Part shown: positions 15,001 to 30,000 of the stretch, one piece after another
How positions within the stretch are numbered: position 1 is the stretch's first letter
Layout of the letters: every line of letters starts with the position of its first letter
Assembly: GCA_964016885.1 (NCBI GenBank)
Contig: OZ024744.1
Span: forward strand, 13,950,001 to 14,014,000
DNA from: Eledone cirrhosa
Lineage: Eukaryota
Direction of reading: 5' to 3'
DNA: 64,000 bases
Notes under the pieces: generated by a model
Seen by the model: only the letters and a program-made list of their open reading frames with translations
Database searches by the model: none
Told to the model about the DNA's origin: nothing
Made by a program: the position numbers and the translations under genes

Positions 15001-18000
15001 CAGTTAAAGCCACTCTCTAAATTGAGAGATCATAACTTCCATACTATGGACATGTGGTTAGAATGTCTCAGTAGATCAGAGATTCACTCCAGTTAAAGCC
15101 ACTCTCTAAATTGAGAGCTCACAACTCCAATACTATGGTCATGTGGTTAGAATGTCTCAGTAGATCAGAGAGTCACTCCAGTTAAAGCCACTCTCTAAAT
15201 TGAGAGATCACAACTCCAATACTATGGACATGGGGTTTGAATGTCTCAGTACATCAGAGTGTCACTCCAGTTAAAGCCACTCTCTAAATTGAGAGATCAC
15301 AACTCCAATACTATGGTCATGTGGTTAGAATGTCTCAGAAGATCAGAGAGTCACTCCAGTTAAAGCCACTCTCTAAATTGAGAGATCACAACTCCCATAC
15401 TATGGACATGTGGGTATAATGTCTCAGTAGATCAGAGAGTCACTCCAGTTAAAGCCACTAATTCTCTAAATTGAGAGATCACAACTCCCATACTATGGAC
15501 ATGTGGTTAGAATGTCTCAGTAGATCAGAGACTCACTCCAGTTAAAGCCACTCTCTAAATTGAGAGATCACAACTCCAATACTATGGACATGGGGTTTGA
15601 ATGTCTCAGTAGATCAGAGTGTCACTCCAGTTAAACCCACTCTCTAAATTGAGAGATCACAACTCCCATACTATGGACATGTGGTTAGAATGTCTCTGTA
15701 GATCAGAGAGTCACTCCAGTTAAAGCTACTCTCTAAATTGAGAGATAACAACTCCCATAGTATGGACATGTGGTTAGAATGTCTCAGTAGATCATAGAGT
15801 CACTCCAGTTAAAGCCACTCTCTAAATTGAGAGATCACAACTCCTATACTATGGACATGGGGTTAGAATGTCTCAGTAGATCAGAGAGTCACTCCAGTTA
15901 AAGCTTCTCTCTAAATTGAGAGATCACAACTCCCATACTATGGACATGTGGTTAGAACGTCTCAGTAGATCAGAGAGTCACTTCAGTTAAAGCCACTCTC
16001 TAAATTGAGAGATCACAACTCCCATACTATGGACATGTGGTTAGAATGTCTCAGTAGATCAGAGTGTCACTCCAGTTAAAGCTACTCTCTATATTGAGAG
16101 ATCACAACTCCCATACTATGGACATGTGGTTAGAATGTCTCAGTAGATTAGAGTGTCATTCCAGTTAAAGCTACTCTCTAAATTGAGAGATCACAACTCC
16201 CATACTATTGACATGTGGGTAGAACGTCTCAGTAGATCAGAGAGTCACTCCAGTTAAAGCCACTAATTCTCTAAATTGAGAGATCACAACTCCCATACTA
16301 TGGACATATGGTTAGCATGTCTCAGTAGATCAGAGAGTCACTCCAGTTAAAGCCACTCTGTAAATTGACAGATCACAACTTCTATACTATGGACATGTGG
16401 TTAGAATGTCTCAGTAGATCAGAGAGTTACTCCAGTTAAAGCTACACTCTAAATTGAGAGATCACAACTCCAATACTATGGACATGTGGTTAGAATGTCT
16501 CAGTAGATTAGAGAGTCACTCCAGTTAAAGCCACTCTCTAAATTGAGAGATCACAACTCCAATACTATGGACATGTGGTTAGAATGTCTCAGTAGATCAG
16601 AGTGTCACTCCAGTTAAAGCCACTCTCTAAATTGAGAGATCATAACTTCCATACTATGGACATGTGGTTAGAATGTCTCAGTAGATCAGAGAGTCACTCC
16701 AGTTAAAGCCACTCTCTAAATTGAGAGATCACAACTCCAATACTATGGACATGGGGTCTGAAAGTCTCAGTACATCAGAGTGTCACTCCAGTTAAAGTTA
16801 CTCTCTAAATTGAGAGATCACAACTCCAATACTATGGACATGGGGTTTGAATGTCTCAGTAGATCAGAGAATCACTCCAGTTAAAGCTACTCTCTAAATT
16901 GAGAGATCACAACCCCAATACTATGGACATGGGGTTTGAAAGTCTCAGTAGATCAGAGTGTCACTCCAGTTAAAGCTATTCTCTAAATTGAGAGATTACA
17001 ACTCCAATACTATGGACATGGGGTTTGAATGTCTCAGTAGATCAGAGAGTCACTCCAGTTAAAGCTACTCTCTAAATTGAGAGATCACAACTCCAATACT
17101 ATGGACATGGGGTTTGAAAGTCTCAGTAGATCAGAGTGTCACTCCAGTTAAAGCTACTCTCTAAATTGAGAGATTACAACTCCAATACTATGGACATGGG
17201 GTTTGAATGTCTCAGTAGATCAGAGTGTCACTCCAGTTAAAGCTACTCTCTAAATTGAGAGATTACAACTCCAATACTATGGACATGTGGTTAGAATGTC
17301 TCAGTAGATTAGAGAGTCACTCCAGTTAAAGCCACTCTCTAAATTGAGAGATCACAACTCCAATACTATGGACATGTGATTAGAATGTCTCAGTAGATTA
17401 TAGAGTCACTCCAGTTAAAGCCACTCTCTAAATTGAGAGATCACAACTCCAATACTATGGACATGTGGTTAGAAAGTCTCAGTAGATCAGAGTGTCACTC
17501 CAGTTAAAGCTAATCTCTAAATTGAGAGATCACAACTCCAATACTATGGACATGGGGTTTGAATGTCTCAGTAGATCAGAGTGTCACTCCAGTTAAAGCT
17601 ACTCTCTAAATTGAGAGATCACAACTCCAATACTATGGACATGGGGTTTGAATGTCTCAGTAGATCAGCGAGTCACTTCAGTTAAAGCTACTCTCTAAAT
17701 TGAGAGATCACAACTCCAATACTATGGACATGGGGTTTGAAAGTTTCAGTAGATCAGAGTGTCACTCCAGTTAAAGCTACTCTCTAAATTGAGAGATTAC
17801 AACTCCAATACTATGGACATGTGGTTAGAATGTCTCAGTAGATTAGAGAGTCACTCCAGTTAAAGCCACTCTCTAAATTGAGAGATCACAACTCCAATAC
17901 TATGGACATGTGGTTAGAATGTCTTAGTAGATCAGAGTGTCACTCCAGTTAAAGCCACTCTCTAAATTGAGAGATCATAACTTCCATACTATGGACATGT

Positions 18001-21000
18001 GGTTAGAATGTCTCAGTAGATCAGAGATTCACTCCAGTTAAAGCCACTCTCTAAATTGAGAGCTCACAACTCCAATACTATGGTCATGTGGTTAGAATGT
18101 CTCAGTAGATCAGAGAGTCACTCCAGTTAAAGCCACTCTCTAAATTGAGAGATCACAACTCCAATACTATGGACATGGGGTTTGAATGTCTCAGTAGATC
18201 AGAGTGTCACTCCAGTTAAAGCCACTCTCTAAATTGAGAGATCACAACTCCAATACTATGGTCATGTGGTTAGAATGTCTCAGAAGATCAGAGAGTCACT
18301 CCAGTTAAAGCCACTCTCTAAATTGAGAGATCACAACTCCCACACTATGGACATGTGGGTATAATGTCTCAGTAGATCAGAGAGTCACTCCAGTTAAAGC
18401 CACTAATTCTCTAAATTGAGAGATCACAACTCCCATACTATGGACATGTGGTTAGAATGTCTCAGTAGATCAGAGACTCACTCCAGTTAAAGCCACTCTC
18501 TAAATTGAGAGATCACAACTCCAATACTATGGACATGGGGTTTGAATGTCTCAGTAGATCAGAGTGTCACTCCAGTTAAACCCACTCTCTAAATTGAGAG
18601 ATCACAACTCCCATACTATGGACATGTGGTTAGAATGTCTCTGTAGATCAGAGAGTCACTCCAGTTAAAGCTACTCTCTAAATTGAGAGATAACAACTCC
18701 CATAGTATGGACATGTGGTTAGAATGTCTCAGTAGATCATAGAGTCACTCCAGTTAAAGCCACTCTCTAAATTGAGAGATCACAACTCCTATACTATGGA
18801 CATGGGGTTAGAATGTCTCAGTAGATCAGAGAGTCACTCCAGTTAAAGCTTCTCTCTAAATTGAGAGATCACAACTCCCATACTATGGACATGTGGTTAG
18901 AACGTCTCAGTAGATCAGAGAGTCACTTCAGTTAAAGCCACTCTCTAAATTGAGAGATCACAACTCCCATACTATGGACATGTGGTTAGAATGTCTCAGT
19001 AGATCAGAGTGTCACTCCAGTTAAAGCTACTCTCTATATTGAGAGATCACAACTCCCATACTATGGACATGTGGTTAGAATGTCTCAGTAGATTAGAGTG
19101 TCATTCCAGTTAAAGCTACTCTCTAAATTGAGAGATCACAACTCCCATACTATTGACATGTGGGTAGAACGTCTCAGTAGATCAGAGAGTCACTCCAGTT
19201 AAAGCCACTAATTCTCTAAATTGAGAGATCACAACTCCCATACTATGGACATATGGTTAGTATGTCTCAGTAGATCAGAGAGTCACTCCAGTTAAAGCCA
19301 CTCTGTAAATTGACAGATCACAACTTCTATACTATGGACATGTGGTTAGAATGTCTCAGTAGATCAGAGAGTTACTCCAGTTAAAGCTACACTCTAAATT
19401 GAGAGATCACAACTCCAATACTATGGACATGTGGTTAGAATGTCTCAGTAGATTAGAGAGTCACTCCAGTTAAAGCCACTCTCTAAATTGAGAGATCACA
19501 ACTCCAATACTATGGACATGTGATTAGAATGTCTCAGTAGATTATAGAGTCACTCCAGTTAAAGCCACTCTCTAAATTGAGAGATCACAACTCCAATACT
19601 ATGGACATGTGGTTAGAAAGTCTCAGTAGATCAGAGTGTCACTCCAGTTAAAGCTAATCTCTAAATTGAGAGATCACAACTCCAATACTATGGACATGGG
19701 GTTTGAATGTCTCAGTAGATCAGAGTGTCACTCCAGTTAAAGCTACTCTCTAAATTGAGAGATCACAACTCCAATACTATGGACATGGGGTTTGAATGTC
19801 TCAGTAGATCAGAGAGTCACTTCAGTTAAAGCTACTCTCTAAATTGAGAGATCACAACTCCAATACTATGGACATGGGGTTTGAAAGTCTCAGTAGATCA
19901 GAGTGTCACTCCAGTTAAAGCTACTCTCTAAATTGAGAGATTACAACTCCAATACTATGGACATGTGGTTAGAATGTCTCAGTAGATTAGAGAGTCACTC
20001 CAGTTAAAGCCACTCTCTAAATTGAGAGATCACAACTCCAATACTATGGACATGTGGTTAGAATGTCTTAGTAGATCAGAGTGTCACTCCAGTTAAAGCC
20101 ACTCTCTAAATTGAGAGATCATAACTTCCATACTATGGACATGTGGTTAGAATGTCTCAGTAGATCAGAGATTCACTCCAGTTAAAGCCACTCTCTAAAT
20201 TGAGAGCTCACAACTCCAATACTATGGTCATGTGGTTAGAATGTCTCAGTAGATCAGAGAGTCACTCCAGTTAAAGCCACTCTCTAAATTGAGAGATCAC
20301 AACTCCAATACTATGGACATGGGGTTTGAATGTCTCAGTACATCAGAGTGTCACTCCAGTTAAAGCCACTCTCTAAATTGAGAGATCACAACTCCAATAC
20401 TATGGTCATGTGGTTAGAATGTCTCAGAAGATCAGAGAGTCACTCCAGTTAAAGCCACTCTCTAAATTGAGAGATCACAACTCCCATACTATGGACATGT
20501 GGGTATAATGTCTCAGTAGATCAGAGAGTCACTCCAGTTAAAGCCACTAATTCTCTAAATTGAGAGATCACAACTCCCATACTATGGACATGTGGTTAGA
20601 ATGTCTCAGTAGATCAGAGACTCACTCCAGTTAAAGCCACTCTCTAAATTGAGAGATCACAACTCCAATACTATGGACATGGGGTTTGAATGTCTCAGTA
20701 GATCAGAGTGTCACTCCAGTTAAACCCACTCTCTAAATTGAGAGATCACAACTCCCATACTATGGACATGTGGTTAGAATGTCTCTGTAGATCAGAGAGT
20801 CACTCCAGTTAAAGCTTCTCTCTAAATTGAGAGATCACAACTCCCATACTATGGACATGTGGTTAGAACGTCTCAGTAGATCAGAGAGTCACTTCAGTTA
20901 AAGCCACTCTCTAAATTGAGAGATCACAACTCCCATACTATGGACATGTGGTTAGAATGTCTCAGTAGATCAGAGTGTCACTCCAGTTAAAGCTACTCTC

Positions 21001-24000
21001 TATATTGAGAGATCACAACTCCCATACTATGGACATGTGGTTAGAATGTCTCAGTAGATTAGAGTGTCATTCCAGTTAAAGCTACTCTCTAAATTGAGAG
21101 ATCACAACTCCCATACTATTGACATGTGGGTAGAACGTCTCAGTAGATCAGAGAGTCACTCCAGTTAAAGCCACTAATTCTCTAAATTGAGAGATCACAA
21201 CTCCCATACTATGGACATATGGTTAGTATGTCTCAGTAGATCAGAGAGTCACTCCAGTTAAAGCCACTCTGTAAATTGACAGATCACAACTTCTATACTA
21301 TGGACATGTGGTTAGAATGTCTCAGTAGATCAGAGAGTTACTCCAGTTAAAGCTACACTCTAAATTGAGAGATCACAACTCCAATACTATGGACATGGGG
21401 TTTGATTGTCTCAGTAGATCAGAGTGTCACTCCAGTTAAAGCTACTCTCTAAATTGAGAGGTCACAACTCCAATACTATGGACATGGGATTTGAAAGTCT
21501 CAGTAGATCAGAGTGTCACCCCAGTTAAAGCGACTCTCTAAATTGAGAGATTACAACTCCAATACTATGGACATGGGGTTTGAAAGTCTCAGTAGATCAG
21601 AGTGTCACTCCAGGTAAAGCTACTCTCTAAATTGAGAGATTACAACTCCAATACTATGGACATGTGGTTAGAATGTCTCAGTAGATTAGAGAGTCACTCC
21701 AGTTAAAGCCACTCTCTAAATTGAGAGATCACAACTCCAATACTATGGACATGTGATTAGAATGTCTCAGTAGATTATAGAGTCACTCCAGTTAAAGCCA
21801 CTCTCTAAATTGAGAGATCACAACTCCAATACTATGGACATGTGGTTAGAAAGTCTCAGTAGATCAGAGTGTCACTCCAGTTAAAGCTAATCTCTAAATT
21901 GAGAGATCACAACTCCAATACTATGGACATGGGGTTTGAATGTCTCAGTAGATCAGAGTGTCACTCCAGTTAAAGCTACTCTCTAAATTGAGAGATCACA
22001 ACTCCAATACTATGGACATGGGGTTTGAATGTCTCAGTAGATCAGAGAGTCACTTCAGTTAAAGCTACTCTCTAAATTGAGAGATCACAACTCCAATACT
22101 ATGGACATGGGGTTTGAAAGTCTCAGTAGATCAGAGTGTCACTCCAGTTAAAGCTACTCTCTAAATTGAGAGATTACAACTCCAATACTATGGACATGTG
22201 GTTAGAATGTCTCAGTAGATCAGAGTGTCACTCCAGTTAAAGCTACTCTCTATATTGAGAGATCACAACTCCCATACTATGGACATGTGGTTAGAATGTC
22301 TCAGTAGATTAGAGTGTCATTCCAGTTAAAGCTACTCTCTAAATTGAGAGATCACAACTCCCATACTATTGACATGTGGGTAGAATGTCTCAGTAGATCA
22401 GAGAGTCACTCCAGTTAAAGCCACTCTGTAAATTGACAGATCACAACTTCCATACTATGGACATGTGGTTAGAATGTCTCAGTAGATCAGAGAGTTACTC
22501 CAGTTAAAGCTACTCTCTAAATTGAGAGATCACAACTCCAATAATATGGACATGGGGTTTGATTGTCTCTGTAGATCAGAGTGTCACTCCAGTTAAAGCT
22601 ACTCTCTAAATTGAGAGGTCACAACTCCAATACTATGGACATGGGATTTGAAAGTCTCAGTAGATCAGAGTGTCACCCCAGTTAAAGCTACTCTCTAAAT
22701 TGAGAGATTACAACTCCAATACTATGGACATGTGGTTAGAATGTCTCAGTAGATTAGAGAGTCACTCCAGTTAAAGCCACTCTCTAAATTGAGAGATCAC
22801 AACTCCAATACTATGGACATGTGGTTAGAATGTCTCAGTAGATCAGAGTTTCACTCCAGTTAAAGCTACTCTCTAAATTGAGAGATCACAACTCCAATAC
22901 TATGGACATGGTGTTTGAATGTCTCAGTAGATCAATGAGTCGCTCAAGTTAAAGCCACTCTCTAAATTGAGAGATCACAACTCCAATACTATGGACATGT
23001 GGTTAGAATGTCTCAGTAGATCAGAGTGTCACTCCAGTTAAAGCTACTCTCTATATTGAGAGATCACAACTCCCATACTATGGACATGTGGTTAGAATGT
23101 CTCAGTAGATTAGAGTGTCATTCCAGTTAAAGCTACTCTCTAAATTGAGAGATCACAACTCCCATACTATTGACATGTGGGTAGAATGTCTCAGTAGATC
23201 AGAGAGTCACTCCAGTTAAAGCCACTAATTCTCTAAATTGAGAGATCACAACTCCCATACTATGGACATATGGTTAGTATGTCTCAGTAGATCAGAGAGT
23301 CACTCCAGTTAAAGCCACTCTGTAAATTGACAGATCACAACTTCTATACTATGGACATGTGGTTAGAATGTCTCAGTAGATCAAAGAGTTACTCCAGTTA
23401 AAGCTACTCTCTAAATTGAGAGATCACAACTCCAATACTATGGACATGGGGTTTGATTGTCTCAGTAGATCAGAGTGTCACTCCAGTTAAAGCTACTCTC
23501 TAAATTGAGAGGTCACAACTCCAATACTATGGACATGGGATTTGAAAGTCTCAGTAGATCAGAGTGTCACCCCAGTTAAAGCTACTCTCTAAATTGAGAG
23601 ATTACAACTCCAATTCTATGGACATGTGGTTAGAATGTCTCAGTAGATTAGAGAGTCACTCCAGTTAAAGCCACTCTCTAAATTGAGAGATCACAACTCC
23701 AATACTATGGACATGTGGTTAGAATGTCTCAGTAGATCAGAGTTTCACTCCAGTTAAAGCTAATCTCTAAATTGAGAGATCACAACTCCAATACTATGGA
23801 CATGGGGTTTGAATGTCTCAGTAGATCAGAGTGTCACTCCAGTTAAAGCTACTCTCTAAATTGAGAGATCACAACTCGAATACTATGGACATGGGGTTTG
23901 AATGTCTCAGTAGATCAGAGTGTCACTTCAGTTAAAGCTACTCTCTAAATTGAGAGATCACAACTCCAATACTATGGACATGGTGTTTGAAAGTCTCAGT

Positions 24001-27000
24001 AGATCAGAGTGTCACTCCAGTTAAAGCTACTCTCTAAATTGAGAGATTACAACTCCAATATTATGGACATGTAGTTAGAATGTCTCAGTAGATTAGAGAG
24101 TCACTCCAGTTAAAGCCACTCTCTAAATTGAGAGTTCACAACTCCAATACTATGGACATGTGGTTAGAATGTCTCAGTAGATCAGAGTGTCACTCCAGTT
24201 AAAGCCACTCTCTAAATTGAGAGATCATAACTTCCATACTATGGACATGTGGTTAGAATGTCTCAGTAGATCAGAGAGTCACTCCAGTTAAAGCCACTCA
24301 CTAAATTGAGAGATCACAACTCCAATACTATGGACATGGGGTCTGAAAGTCTCAGTACATCAGAGTGTCACTCCAGTTAAAGTTACTCTCTAAATTGAGA
24401 GATCACAACTCCAATACTTTGGACATGGGGTTTGAATGTCTCAGTAGATCAGAGAATCACTCCAGTTAAAGCTACTCTCTAAATTGAGAGATCACAACCC
24501 CAATACTATGGACATGGGGTTTGAAAGTCTCAGTAGATCAGAGTGTCACTCCAGTTAAAGCTATTCTCTAAATTGAGAGATTACAACTCCAATACTATGG
24601 ACATGGGATTTGAATGTCTCAGTAGATCAGAGAGTCACTCCAGTTAAGGCTACTCTCTAAATTGAGAGATCACAACTCCAATACTATGGACATGGGGTTT
24701 GAAAGTCTCAGTAGATCAGAGTGTCACTCCAGTTAAAGCTACTCTCTAAATTGAGAGATTACAACTCCAATACTATGGACATGGGGTTTGAAAGTCTCAG
24801 TAGATCAGAGTGTCACTCCAGTTAAAGCTACTCTCTAAATTGAGAGATTACAACTCCAATACTATGGACATGTGGTTAGAATGTCTCAGTAGATTAGAGA
24901 GTCACTCCAGTTAAAGCCACTCTCTAAATTGAGAGATCACAACTCCAATACTATGGACATGTGATTAGAATGTCTCAGTAGATTATAGAGTCACTCCAGT
25001 TAAAGCCACTCTCTAAATTGAGAGATCACAACTCCAATACTATGGACATGTGGTTAGAAAGTCTCAGTAGATCAGAGTGTCACTCCAGTTAAAGCTAATC
25101 TCTAAATTGAGAGATTACAACTCCAATACTATGGACATGGGGTTTGAATGTCTCAGTAGATCAGAGTGTCACTCCAGTTAAAGCTACTCTCTAAATTGAG
25201 AGATCACAACTCCAATACTATGGACATGGGGTTTGAATGTCTCAGTAGATCAGAGAGTCACTTCAGTTAAAGCTACTCTCTAAATTGAGAGATCACAACT
25301 CCAATACTATGGACATGGGGTTTGAAAGTCTCAGTAGATCAGAGTGTCACTCCAGTTAAAGCTACTCTCTAAATTGAGAGATTACAACTCCAATACTATG
25401 GACATGTGGTTAGAATGTCTCAGTAGATTAGAGAGTCACTCCAGTTAAAGCCACTCTCTAAATTGAGAGATCACAACTCCAATACTATGGACATGTGGTT
25501 AGAATGTCTTAATAGATCAGAGTGTCACTCCAGTTAAAGCCACTCTCTAAATTGAGAGATCATAACTTCCATACTATGGACATGTGGTTAGAATGTCTCA
25601 GTAGATCAGAGATTCACTCCAGTTAAAGCCACTCTCTAAATTGAGAGCTCACAACTCCAATACTATGGTCATGTGGTTAGAATGTCTCAGTAGATCAGAG
25701 AGTCACTCCAGTTAAAGCCACTCTCTAAATTGAGAGATCACAACTCCAATACTATGGACATGGGGTTTGAATGTCTCAGTACATCAGAGTGTCACTCCAG
25801 TTAAAGCCACTCTCTAAATTGAGAGATCACAACTCCAATACTATGGTCATGTGGTTAGAATGTCTCAGAAGATCAGAGAGTCACTCCAGTTAAAGCCACT
25901 CTCTAAATTGAGAGATCACAACTCCCATACTATGGACATGTGGGTATAATGTCTCAGTAGATCAGAGAGTCACTCCAGTTAAAGCCACTAATTCTCTAAA
26001 TTGAGAGATCACAACTCCCATACTATGGACATGTGGTTAGAATGTCTCAGTAGATCAGAGACTCACTCCAGTTAAAGCCACCCTCTAAATTGAGAGATCA
26101 CAACTCCAATACTATGGACATGGGGTTTGAATGTCTCAGTAGATCAGAGTGTCACTCCAGTTAAACCCACTCTCTAAATTGAGAGATCACAACTCCCATA
26201 CTATGGACATGTGGTTAGAATGTCTCTGTAGATCAGAGAGTCACTCCAGTTAAAGCTACTCTCTAAATTGAGAGATAACAACTCCCATAGTATGGACATG
26301 TGGTTAGAATGTCTCAGTAGATCATAGAGTCACTCCAGTTAAAGCCACTCTCTAAATTGAGAGATCACAACTCCTATACTATGGACATGGGGTTAGAATG
26401 TCTCAGTAGATCAGAGAGTCACTCCAGTTAAAGCTTCTCTCTAAATTGAGAGATCACAACTCCCATACTATGGACATGTGGTTAGAACGTCTCAGTAGAT
26501 CAGAGAGTCACTTCAGTTAAAGCCACTCTCTAAATTGAGAGATCACAACTCGCATACTATGGACATGTGGTTAGAATGTCTCAGTAGATCAGAGTGTCAC
26601 TCCAGTTAAAGCTACTCTCTATATTGAGAGATCACAACTCCCATACTATGGACATGTGGTTAGAATGTCTCAGTAGATTAGAGTGTCATTCCAGTTAAAG
26701 CTACTCTCTAAATTGAGAGATCACAACTCCCATACTATTGACATGTGGGTAGAACGTCTCAGTAGATCAGAGAGTCACTCCAGTTAAAGCCACTAATTCT
26801 CTAAATTGAGAGATCACAACTCCCATACTATGGACATATGGTTAGTATGTCTCAGTAGATCAGAGAGTCACTCCAGTTAAAGCCACTCTGTAAATTGACA
26901 GATCACAACTTCTATACTATGGACATGTGGTTAGAATGTCTCAGTAGATCAGAGAGTTACTCCAGTTAAAGCTACACTCTAAATTGAGAGATCACAACTC

Positions 27001-30000
27001 CAATACTATGGACATGTGGTTAGAATGTCTCAGTAGATTAGAGAGTCACTCCAGTTAAAGCCACTCTCTAAATTGAGAGATCACAACTCCAATACTATGG
27101 ACATGTGATTAGAATGTCTCAGTAGATTATAGAGTCACTCCAGTTAAAGCCACTCTCTAAATTGAGAGATCACAACTCCAATACTATGGACATGTGGTTA
27201 GAAAGTCTCAGTAGATCAGAGTGTCACTCCAGTTAAAGCTAATCTCTAAATTGAGAGATCACAACTCCAATACTATGGACATGGGGTTTGAATGTCTCAG
27301 TAGATCAGAGTGTCACTCCAGTTAAAGCTACTCTCTAAATTGAGAGATCACAACTCCAATACTATGGACATGGGGTTTGAATGTCTCAGTAGATCAGAGA
27401 GTCACTTCAGTTAAAGCTACTCTCTAAATTGAGAGATCACAACTCCAATACTATGGACATGGGGTTTGAAAGTCTCAGTAGATCAGAGTGTCACTCCAGT
27501 TAAAGCTACTCTCTAAATTGAGAGATTACAACTCCAATACTATGGACATGTGGTTAGAATGTCTCAGTAGATTAGAGAGTCACTCCAGTTAAAGCCACTC
27601 TCTAAATTGAGAGATCACAACTCCAATACTATGGACATGTGGTTAGAATGTCTTAGTAGATCAGAGTGTCACTCCAGTTAAAGCCACTCTCTAAATTGAG
27701 AGATCATAACTTCCATACTATGGACATGTGGTTAGAATGTCTCAGTAGATCAGAGATTCACTCCAGTTAAAGCCACTCTCTAAATTGAGAGCTCACAACT
27801 CCAATACTATGGTCATGTGGTTAGAATGTCTCAGTAGATCAGAGAGTCACTCCAGTTAAAGCCACTCTCTAAATTGAGAGATCACAACTCCAATACTATG
27901 GACATGGGGTTTGAATGTCTCAGTACATCAGAGTGTCACTCCAGTTAAAGCCACTCTCTAAATTGAGAGATCACAACTCCAATACTATGGTCATGTGGTT
28001 AGAATGTCTCAGAAGATCAGAGAGTCACTCCAGTTAAAGCCACTCTCTAAATTGAGAGATCACAACTCCCATACTATGGACATGTGGGTATAATGTCTCA
28101 GTAGATCAGAGAGTCACTCCAGTTAAAGCCACTAATTCTCTAAATTGAGAGATCACAACTCCCATACTATGGACATGTGGTTAGAATGTCTCAGTAGATC
28201 AGAGACTCACTCCAGTTAAAGCCACTCTCTAAATTGAGAGATCACAACTCCAATACTATGGACATGGGGTTTGAATGTCTCAGTAGATCAGAGTGTCACT
28301 CCAGTTAAACCCACTCTCTAAATTGAGAGATCACAACTCCCATACTATGGACATGTGGTTAGAATGTCTCTGTAGATCAGAGAGTCACTCCAGTTAAAGC
28401 TTCTCTCTAAATTGAGAGATCACAACTCCCATACTATGGACATGTGGTTAGAACGTCTCAGTAGATCAGAGAGTCACTTCAGTTAAAGCCACTCTCTAAA
28501 TTGAGAGATCACAACTCCCATACTATGGACATGTGGTTAGAATGTCTCAGTAGATCAGAGTGTCACTCCAGTTAAAGCTACTCTCTATATTGAGAGATCA
28601 CAACTCCCATACTATGGACATGTGGTTAGAATGTCTCAGTAGATTAGAGTGTCATTCCAGTTAAAGCCACTCTGTAAATTGACAGATCACAACTTCTATA
28701 CTATGGACATGTGGTTAGAATGTCTCAGTAGATCAGAGAGTTACTCCAGTTAAAGCTACACTCTAAATTGAGAGATCACAACTCCAATACTATGGACATG
28801 GGGTTTGATTGTCTCAGTAGATCAGAGTGTCACTCCAGTTAAAGCTACTCTCTAAATTGAGAGGTCACAACTCCAATACTATGGACATGGGATTTGAAAG
28901 TCTCAGTAGATCAGAGTGTCACCCCAGTTAAAGCGACTCTCTAAATTGAGAGATTACAACTCCAATACTATGGACATGGGGTTTGAAAGTCTCAGTAGAT
29001 CAGAGTGTCACTCCAGGTAAAGCTACTCTCTAAATTGAGAGATTACAACTCCAATACTATGGACATGTGGTTAGAATGTCTCAGTAGATTAGAGAGTCAC
29101 TCCAGTTAAAGCCACTCTCTAAATTGAGAGATCACAACTCCAATACTATGGACATGTGATTAGAATGTCTCAGTAGATTATAGAGTCACTCCAGTTAAAG
29201 CCACTCTCTAAATTGAGAGATCACAACTCCAATACTATGGACATGTGGTTAGAAAGTCTCAGTAGATCAGAGTGTCACTCCAGTTAAAGCTAATCTCTAA
29301 ATTGAGAGATCACAACTCCAATACTATGGACATGGGGTTTGAATGTCTCAGTAGATCAGAGTGTCACTCCAGTTAAAGCTACTCTCTAAATTGAGAGATC
29401 ACAACTCCAATACTATGGACATGGGGTTTGAATGTCTCAGTAGATCAGAGAGTCACTTCAGTTAAAGCTACTCTCTAAATTGAGAGATCACAACTCCAAT
29501 ACTATGGACATGGGGTTTGAAAGTCTCAGTAGATCAGAGTGTCACTCCAGTTAAAGCTACTCTCTAAATTGAGAGATTACAACTCCAATACTATGGACAT
29601 GTGGTTAGAATGTCTCAGTAGATCAGAGTGTCACTCCAGTTAAAGCTACTCTCTATATTGAGAGATCACAACTCCCATACTATGGACATGTGGTTAGAAT
29701 GTCTCAGTAGATTAGAGTGTCATTCCAGTTAAAGCTACTCTCTAAATTGAGAGATCACAACTCCCATACTATTGACATGTGGGTAGAATGTCTCAGTAGA
29801 TCAGAGAGTCACTCCAGTTAAAGCCACTCTGTAAATTGACAGATCACAACTTCCATACTATGGACATGTGGTTAGAATGTCTCAGTAGATCAGAGAGTTA
29901 CTCCAGTTAAAGCTACTCTCTAAATTGAGAGATCACAACTCCAATAATATGGACATGGGGTTTGATTGTCTCTGTAGATCAGAGTGTCACTCCAGTTAAA

